The notes under the pieces were generated by a model. The model was given only the letters and a program-made list of their open reading frames with translations, was not told the origin of the DNA and did no database searches. A program made the position numbers and the translations under genes. Below are positions 48,008 to 54,677 of a DNA stretch of 54,677 nt, piece by piece. Within the stretch, counting starts at the first letter, position 1. Each line of letters begins with the position of its first letter. The DNA lies in assembly GCA_963708025.1 (NCBI GenBank), contig CAVPSB010000009.1:1-54677 (forward strand), given 5' to 3'. This stretch comes from an uncultured Candidatus Rokubacteria bacterium. Its GTDB lineage: Bacteria; Methylomirabilota; Methylomirabilia; Rokubacteriales; DASRDR01.

Positions 48008-48928
48008 TCATCCCTGTCTCGAGATGCGCGGATCCAGCATCCCGTACGAGAGGTCCACGATCAGGTTCACGACGACGAAGGCGAGGGCGAAGACGAGGAC
48101 GGCGCCCTGGAGCAGGATGTAGTCCCTCGCGAAGATGGCCTTCACCATGAGCCGCCCGAGGCCGGGCCAGGCGAACACGGTCTCGGTCAGGACCGCCCCG
48201 CCCATGAGCTGGCCGGCCTGGAGCCCGACCAGGGTGAGGATCGGAATGAAGGCGTTGCGGAGGGCGTGCTTGACCACCACCCACTGCTCGCGGACCCCCT
48301 TGGCCCGCGCCGTCCGGACGTAGTCCTCCCGCAGCACCTCTAGCACGCTGGACCGGGTCATCCGCGCGATCATCGCGATGGACGGCAAGGCCAGGGTCAC
48401 CGCCGGCAGGACGAGGTGGGAGAGCGAGCCGGTCCCGCCGACGGGAAACCACGGCAGCCACAGCGAGAAGACGACGATCAGGACCAGCCCGATCCAGAAG
48501 ACAGGCATCGAGAGCCCGAAGAGGGAGCCGAGCCGGGCCACCGCGTCGAAGCCGGAGTTGGGCCACACGGCCGACACGATCCCCGCTGGCACGCCGACCG
48601 CCGCGGCCAGGAGCAGGGCGGCCAGCGTCAGCTCGACCGTCGCCGGCCAGGCGTCGGCCAGCTCGTCCACGACCGGGCGGTTCTGCTGGATCGAGCGCCC
48701 GAGGTCCCCGGTCAGGAGCTTGCCGAGGTACTGGACGTAGCGGACCATCAGCGGCTTGTCCAGACCGAGGTAGTCGCGGAGCTTGGCGACCGCATCCTTG
48801 GTGGCATGCTCGCCGAGCATGAGGGCCACCGCGTCGCCGGGAATCAGCTCGATCGTCAGCATGACGACGAAGAGCACCCCGAGCAGGACGGGGATAGCGA
48901 GCAGCAAGCGACGCAGGACGAAGGTCAA
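48008..48928 (-). CDS. DppB/NikB-like permease
   Basis: DYVRTARAKG, ETVFAWPGLGR; TTG start. Confidence 0.9.
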   Translation of the reverse strand: MTFVLRRLLLAIPVLLGVLFVVMLTIELIPGDAVALMLGEHATKDAVAKLRDYLGLDKPLMVRYVQYLGKLLTGDLGRSIQQNRPVVDELADAWPATVELTLAALLLAAAVGVPAGIVSAVWPNSGFDAVARLGSLFGLSMPVFWIGLVLIVVFSLWLPWFPVGGTGSLSHLVLPAVTLALPSIAMIARMTRSSVLEVLREDYVRTARAKGVREQWVVVKHALRNAFIPILTLVGLQAGQLMGGAVLTETVFAWPGLGRLMVKAIFARDYILLQGAVLVFALAFVVVNLIVDLSYGMLDPRISRQG

Positions 48929-48930
48929 GG

Positions 48931-49006
48931 GGTCAGGCCTTTCAATCCTATCAATCCACGCTCACGGCGGCTCCCACGCCAGATTGCAAGATTGAAAGGC
49001 CTGACC
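48931..49006. repeat. Long inverted repeat between SBP and permease
   Basis: Perfect 17-bp IR GGTCAGGCCTTTCAATC/GATTGAAAGGCCTGACC plus inner CAATC/GATTG. Confidence 0.85.
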
Positions 49007-49009
49007 TCC

Positions 49010-50596
49010 TTACTTGTCGATCCAGGTCTTCCAGAGGCCCAGGTTGTACTCCACCGGGTGCACCTGGAAGCCCTTCACCGACGCGCGGGTGACGACGATC
49101 TCCTTCGTGTTGTAGACCGGGATCCAGACCATCTCCTTGACCAGGATATCCTGGACGTCGGCGTACATCTTCTCGCGCTCGGCCTGGTTCAGGCTCCGCC
49201 GCGACTGCTCCAGGAGCGGGTCCACCCGCGGGTTGGCGTAGCGCGAGGTGTTCCAGCCGGTCGGCGGGGTCTGCTTCGAGTGGAAGAGGGTGTAGAGCGA
49301 GTAGTCGGCGTCGGCGTTGGTGGTGACCCAGCCGAGCGTGAACAGGTGGCGGCCCAGGGTCTCGCCGCGGACCTCCTTGAAGACGGCGGCCCAGTCGAGG
49401 AACTGCACCTTCGCCTCGACCCCGACGTCCTTCAGCATCGCCTGGACCGCCTCGGTGATCTCGCCGTCCTTCGGATAGCGGCCGCGGGCGGCGATCCAGT
49501 TCAGGGACAGCCGCTGGCCACCCTTGGTCATGATGCCGTCGGAGCCGGGCGCCCAGCCCGCCTGGGTCAGGAGGGCCTTCGCCTTGGTCCGGTCGAAGGG
49601 GTAGACCTGGTCGAGCCCGAGGTCCTTGAAGCCGAAGACCCCCGGCGCCAGCACACCCCGGGCGGGCACCGCGGAGCCTTCCATGATGTTCTCGAGGATC
49701 GCCTTGCGGTCCACCGCGTAGAGCAGCGCGGTCCGGACCCGGACGTCGTCGAGGGGCGGCAGCCCGGCGTGCATCCCGATGAAGACCACCCGGCCGCCCA
49801 CGACCTCGTGCACGGCGAACTTCGGATCGCGCTTGAGCGCGGGGAGCTGGGGCGGCGACGGCAGGAGGACCATGTCGGCGTCGCCGGTCTGGAGCGCGAT
49901 CATCCGGGCGCCCTCCTCGGGCACCACCTTGAAGACGACCCGGTCCAGGAGGGCCTTGTCGCCCCAGTAGTCCGGGTTGCGCTCGATGATCACGTGGGTG
50001 TTGGTCTTCCACTCCACGAACTTGAACGGCCCGGTGCCGACCGGGGCCCGGCTGAAGTTGTCGGCCCCCATCTTCTGCACGGCGGTCGGCGAGACGATCG
50101 AGCAGTAGACCATGGCCAGCGTCCGGAGGATCGGGCCATAGGGCTCCTTGGTGACGACGTCGACCGTGAGGTCGTCGACGACCTCGGCCCCGGCCAGGGA
50201 GCCGGCCAGGCTGGCCCACCGGGCCGGCGGCGTCCCGTTGAGCGCGCGGTCGAAGCTGAACTTCACCGCCGCCGCGTTGAGCGGGGTGCCGTCGTGGAAC
50301 TTCACGCCGGAGCGCAGCTTGAAGCGGACCTTGGTGGGCGAGAGCACCTCGTAGGCGGACGCCAGCTTGAGCTGGATCTGCATCTTCTCGTCGAGCGAGA
50401 GGAGGGGCTCCAGGATGTTGTAGTAGACCCAGGCGCCGGGGGCGGTGGTCTCGAGCTGGGGGTCGAGCGACACCGGGTCGGTGGGCCGCACGATGGTCAG
50501 GGTGCCTCCGCGCTTCTGGGCCATCGCCGGCGTGACGGACAGCGCGAGGGCGAGCGCGGCGACGAGGCCGCCTCGGAGCCACCAGGGAAGAGTCAT
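49010..50596 (-). CDS. Peptide/glutathione-family ABC substrate-binding protein
   Basis: LRSGVKFHDG, PVGTGPFKF. Confidence 0.92.
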   Translation of the reverse strand: MTLPWWLRGGLVAALALALSVTPAMAQKRGGTLTIVRPTDPVSLDPQLETTAPGAWVYYNILEPLLSLDEKMQIQLKLASAYEVLSPTKVRFKLRSGVKFHDGTPLNAAAVKFSFDRALNGTPPARWASLAGSLAGAEVVDDLTVDVVTKEPYGPILRTLAMVYCSIVSPTAVQKMGADNFSRAPVGTGPFKFVEWKTNTHVIIERNPDYWGDKALLDRVVFKVVPEEGARMIALQTGDADMVLLPSPPQLPALKRDPKFAVHEVVGGRVVFIGMHAGLPPLDDVRVRTALLYAVDRKAILENIMEGSAVPARGVLAPGVFGFKDLGLDQVYPFDRTKAKALLTQAGWAPGSDGIMTKGGQRLSLNWIAARGRYPKDGEITEAVQAMLKDVGVEAKVQFLDWAAVFKEVRGETLGRHLFTLGWVTTNADADYSLYTLFHSKQTPPTGWNTSRYANPRVDPLLEQSRRSLNQAEREKMYADVQDILVKEMVWIPVYNTKEIVVTRASVKGFQVHPVEYNLGLWKTWIDK

Positions 50597-52351
50597 GGCC
50601 GGGTCTCCTTTCGGGTCAGCAGGTCATCGATGACGTCGGCTGCCTCGTTCAGCGCATCGAGGACGCGGTTTCGCTCGCGGACGAGGGCGGCGGCGGTGAA
50701 CTTGAAGACATCGGAGGCCGGATCGAGCCCGGCCAGCTCCCGCGCCGGCTGGAGCCCGGCCAGGGACGGCACCGGGAGCGCGAGGTCGTGCCGGAACCGG
50801 TCGCCGGTGGTGTAGGCGAGCGGCACCAGGATGCGCGAGAGCCTCATGAGCGTCCGGTTGGCCGACTCGACGGCGTCGGCGCGCCCGTCGGGGGCCGCCA
50901 GCCGGTCGAGCGCCGTCGCCAGTCGGTCGGCCCCGGCCACGAGTCGCCCGGCCGCCGCCGCGACCGACCCGAGGTCGAAGCGCCCGCGCGCCGCCGTCTG
51001 CAGCTCCTCGACCGTCCCGGCCAGGGCCCGGGCCACCCGCCCGTAGTCCAGCGGCAGGACCGGCGCGTTGAGGAGGCGGAGGGCCGCCGCCACGTACACC
51101 TTGGTGTCGAGGACGAGCACGTCGCGGTCGATCTTGTCGACGGTGTCCTCGCGGGTGTGCCACCACCACGGGAAGCCGGCGGTGCCGAAGAGCCGCTCCA
51201 TCGCCCGCGACAGCTCGGTGTCCTGCTTCGGGATGCCCGACAGCGACATGAACGCCGACGGCACGCCGGCGCCCCAGAACGACTGGTCTCCGGCCCGCGA
51301 GAAGCGGCGGGCCCGGCCGGCCTGGCCGGTCACATCGCGGACCACCGCCTCCGCAAACGCCTGGGCCTCCTCGGTGGCGTGGAAGACCGAGTAGTCCGTC
51401 GCGCCGCGGGCGCCGGTCGAGTCCACGTTGAGGTGGAGCGCGCACCGGCGGGAAAGGTCGGGCCAGGCGTGATCCGCGTACCAGGCCGAGCCGGCGTAGC
51501 GGCCGTGGGAGTGCCCCGACCAGAAAGCGAAGCGCATCCCGCGGCGGAGCGCGTCCCGCCGCCGGCCGAGCAGGCGCGCCACCTCGAGCATGGTAGCGTT
51601 GGCGGTGCCGTTGTCCATCGCCCCGTAGTGCCAGGAGTCCACGTGGCCCGAGAAGAGGACGAAGCGGTCCTCCTGGCAGCCCTCCAGGTGCCCCACCAAG
51701 TGCGGGATCGGGATCCAGCCGGTCCGCACACGGGTGACGAGCCGCACGCGGGTCGGACCACGATGCATCAGCGCGCGGAGACGGCGGGCATCCTCGTCGC
51801 GGATCGACAGACACGGCGTCCGCGGGATGCGCCAGGCGGTTTCGGGCGCCGGGGTCCCCCAGACCGTCGTCACGATCATGTTGTGGAGGTGGTCCAGGTT
51901 GACGAAGATCTGGCCGAGCGTGCCGGCCTGCTGGGCGGTCCAGGCGCGCCCCGGCGTCGCCAGGCTCGAGACGAGGGCGATCTTCCCCGCGGCGTGCCCG
52001 GACGCGTAGTCCTCGGGGCCCCCGTCCCCCACCTCCACGACCTCGGCGTCGAGTCCCTCCGTGGACGGCGAGAAGGCGTGGGTGAGCCCTTCGATCGCGG
52101 TGCCGTCGGGCAGGACGATCCGCCCCTCCTGGGGCAGGCTGATGTACGCCTCGATCTCCCGGCGCTCGACCTCCAGTCCGTACTGCTTGAGCATCCGCTC
52201 GATGTAGTCGAAGGCCTGGGCCTCGCCCGGGCTGCCTGACTCGCGCTCCCAGGCGCCGATCGTCCGGACGTGCCCCATGAGCAGGTCGCCCGAGACGAGG
52301 TCCTGGAAGCCCGGCTCCAGCGGATCCTGATAGTGCCAGTACGGTCGTCAT
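50593..52351 (-). CDS. M28-family peptidase with PA domain (probable frameshift near 52348)
   Basis: SGHVDSWHYGAMDN, FWSGHSHGRY, WWWHTREDT; frame stays open upstream of 52278 to just after ATG 52351. Confidence 0.8.
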
Positions 52352-52358
52352 CCGGCCC

Positions 52359-53381
52359 TCAGATCGGGCTCAGCGCGACCAGCTCGTCGAGGTTCTCCCA
52401 CGCCATCTGCCGGCGACCGATCTCCAGCTCGCCGATCAGCTCGCCGAGCCGGCGCGTCAGCGGCATCGGGAGCCCCAGGCGGTCGGCCTTCGCCAGGGTC
52501 GCCCCGAAGTGGGCCGCGACCTCGGTCTTCCGCTTCCGGACCGCCAGGTCCCGCCAGATGCCCGTCTTCGTCTTGGTGTGGGCCCGGTAGTGCCGGGCGA
52601 TCGCCGTCATGCACCGGGCGACCGCGTCGTCGTCGCCGGCCACCCCCTCCCAGTACCAGGTCGGGTCGAACTCGTCGAACGCCTCCAGGCGCACGTTCAG
52701 TCCGTCGGCCACCGACATCCCCTCGGCGACGAGGGCGACCAGCATCCGCTGGATGGCCGGCGAGCGCTCCACCACCTCGAAGACGTGCGCGTCGACCACG
52801 GCGGTGGCGACCAGCAAGGCGGCGTAGACGTGCTTGGCCCACTTGTAACCCAGGATGTTGTCGGTGACCCGGGTGTCGGTCACCGCCTCCAGCAGGGCCG
52901 CCAGGTCCTTCACCCGGGGGCTCGACGCGCCGTCCAGCTCGCCCACGACGAAGGCGCCGGTGCCGCCGTGCTGGATGCGGCCCGGCGCCGTCCAGTCGGC
53001 GGCCCAGTTCACGAGGCAGCCGACCGTCCGCTCGACGCCGACCCGATCGGCGATCAGCTCCTCGTTGAGTCCGTTTTGGAGGGAGACGATGGCGGCGTCC
53101 CGGGCGAGCCGGGGCGCCAGCGTGTCGAGCGCCTCGGCGGTGTGCTGGGACTTGACGGCCAGCAGGACCAGGCCCAGCCCGCGGCCGAGCCGGTCGGGCG
53201 TCACCGCCCGGACCCGGGCGGCCCATCCGCCGCCGGGCGAGTCGATCGTGAGGCCGCCTGCATTCATGGCCGCGACGTGGTCGGCGGCCGCGTCGACGAG
53301 CAGGACGTCGTGGCCCGCCCGGGCCAGGGCGGCGCCCGTGACGCCGCCGATCGCTCCCGCCCCGTAGATGGTCACGGCCAT
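52359..53381 (-). CDS. Ketopantoate-reductase (PanE/ApbA) family oxidoreductase
   Basis: GAGAIGG, LAVKS, SLQNG, KWAK, RKTE. Confidence 0.85.
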   Translation of the reverse strand: MAVTIYGAGAIGGVTGAALARAGHDVLLVDAAADHVAAMNAGGLTIDSPGGGWAARVRAVTPDRLGRGLGLVLLAVKSQHTAEALDTLAPRLARDAAIVSLQNGLNEELIADRVGVERTVGCLVNWAADWTAPGRIQHGGTGAFVVGELDGASSPRVKDLAALLEAVTDTRVTDNILGYKWAKHVYAALLVATAVVDAHVFEVVERSPAIQRMLVALVAEGMSVADGLNVRLEAFDEFDPTWYWEGVAGDDDAVARCMTAIARHYRAHTKTKTGIWRDLAVRKRKTEVAAHFGATLAKADRLGLPMPLTRRLGELIGELEIGRRQMAWENLDELVALSPI

Positions 53382-53388
53382 GTCGCGT

Positions 53389-53460
53389 ATGGTCCCCTGA
53401 CGCCTGGCGGCTGTCAAGGCGGCTCGGCCCGCTTGACACGTTCGGACGGCCGCTCATAAT
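53389..53460. promoter_or_regulatory. Back-to-back sigma70 promoters
   Basis: Minus TTGACA(53417-53412)-17-GACCAT, 7 nt before the ATG. Plus TTGACA(53433)-16-CATAAT(53455). Confidence 0.75.
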
Positions 53461-53514
53461 GGACCCGCATCGTCGGTTCGACGCGTTGGAAACCCCCACC
53501 TCGAGGAGACGCGC

Positions 53515-54444
53515 ATGAAGCTCGTCCGCTACTCCCCTGATGGCCACACGATCGCGCTCGGCAACCTGGTCGGCGACCAGGTCCGCTGCCTGTCCGGCTC
53601 GTACCAGCGTTACCTGGGCGCGCGCGGCGTCCCCCGGCGCGAGCAGCTGGCCCAGGCGCTGTTCCCGCCCAGCACGCGGCTGTTCCTGGAAAACGGGGCG
53701 GCCGCCGAGGACGCCATCAAGGCGATGGAGGACGCGGCGCGCGGCGGCCGGCTCGAGTGGGTCCAGTTCCCGCTCTCGTCGGTGAAGCTCCTGGCCCCGC
53801 TCCACGATCCCGAGAAGTTCATCTGCATCGGGCTCAACTACATCGACCACGCGGAGGAGACGAACAGCCCGATCCCCAAGGAGCCGCCGGTGTTCGCCAA
53901 GTTCCCGACGGCCATCGTGGACTCCACCGCGCCGATCGTGCGGCCGAAGGGCTGCCAGCAGCTCGACTACGAGGTCGAGCTGGCCTTCGTGGTAGGGCGT
54001 GTGGCCAAGGACGTTCCTCAGGACAAGGCCCTCGACTACATCTTCGGCTACACGATCGTCAACGACGTGAGCGCCCGCGACTTCCAGTTCATGACGACCC
54101 AGTGGATGGCGGGGAAGATCTGCGACTCGTTCGCCCCGATGGGGCCCTGGATCGCCGACCGCTCGGAGGTTCCCGACCCGCACGTGCTGGAGCTCTCGAC
54201 CTGGGTGAACGGCACCCGGCTCCAGCACGGGAGCTCCAAGAACCTGATCTACAACATCAACGTGCTGGTCGCCTACCTCTCGGCGCACCTGACCTTGATG
54301 CCAGGGGACATCGTCGCCACGGGCACGCCCGCCGGCGTCGGCTTCTCGCGGAAGCCGCCGATCCTGCTCAAGGGCGGCGACGTGGTTCGCATGGAGATCT
54401 CCGGGCTCGGGCACATCGAGAACCCGGTCGTAGAAGCCGGCTAG
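53515..54444 (+). CDS. Fumarylacetoacetate-hydrolase family protein
   Basis: CIGLNYIDH, LDYEVEL, NDVSARD, TGTPAGVG. Confidence 0.95.
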   Translation: MKLVRYSPDGHTIALGNLVGDQVRCLSGSYQRYLGARGVPRREQLAQALFPPSTRLFLENGAAAEDAIKAMEDAARGGRLEWVQFPLSSVKLLAPLHDPEKFICIGLNYIDHAEETNSPIPKEPPVFAKFPTAIVDSTAPIVRPKGCQQLDYEVELAFVVGRVAKDVPQDKALDYIFGYTIVNDVSARDFQFMTTQWMAGKICDSFAPMGPWIADRSEVPDPHVLELSTWVNGTRLQHGSSKNLIYNINVLVAYLSAHLTLMPGDIVATGTPAGVGFSRKPPILLKGGDVVRMEISGLGHIENPVVEAG

Positions 54445-54446
54445 CG

Positions 54447-54486
54447 CCCCTCACCCCGACCCTCTCCCCGCTTCGCGGGGAGAGGG
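54447..54486. repeat. REP-like hairpin
   Basis: CCCTCTCCCCGC-TTC-GCGGGGAGAGGG preceded by CCCCTCACCCCGA. Confidence 0.75.
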
Positions 54487-54529
54487 AACCGGCTCTCCTG
54501 TCCGGCCCTCGCGCCAGTCAGGCCAACGT

Positions 54530-54677
54530 GCGGGGCCGAGGAGCGAGCAGCGCGCTCAGGCCGAAGGCCGTCCAACGGACGCAGGGAGTCGCCCACCGCA
54601 GGCGTACTCCGAGTACGCCGAGGATGGGCGACGACCCCAGAGGCCGAAGGCCGTCCGAAGGACGACGCGATGCGACG
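54530..54677 (+). repeat. Family-A element (truncated by window end)
   Basis: Same core as the 20285 and 47027 copies. Confidence 0.9.

Noticed and set aside
18256-54677. Repeats as a CRISPR array, tRNA or autonomous IS
   Set aside because: Dispersed, no repeat-spacer periodicity, no cas or transposase gene, no cloverleaf seen

Overview
A very GC-rich bacterial window. The gene families and intergenic repeats suggest Rokubacteria/Methylomirabilota, but that is inference. Bases 1-21.1 kb form a phosphate-starvation island: a partial GT4 glycosyltransferase, pstS-pstC-pstA-pstB-pstS2, a Fic-like protein lacking the catalytic His, an orphan PEP-mutase/nucleotidyltransferase fusion, phoX, a small Zn-ribbon protein, phoD, a ferritin-like gene, sthA, CYTH-CHAD, NUDIX, polyphosphate glucokinase and phoR/phoB. 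Four arrays of 11-bp-period Pho-box repeats are readable directly from the DNA. The rest holds a DUF169-MtaA/UROD fusion, an RRM protein, three peptide-type ABC clusters without ATPase genes (with creatininase, serine hydrolase, M28 peptidase, SDR, PanE-like and FAH enzymes), msrPQ, yitJ and aroK. At least three families of highly structured interspersed repeats occur. Two show compensatory base changes and GAA-triloop hairpins and sit right after stop codons. Several single-base frameshifts are probably assembly errors.
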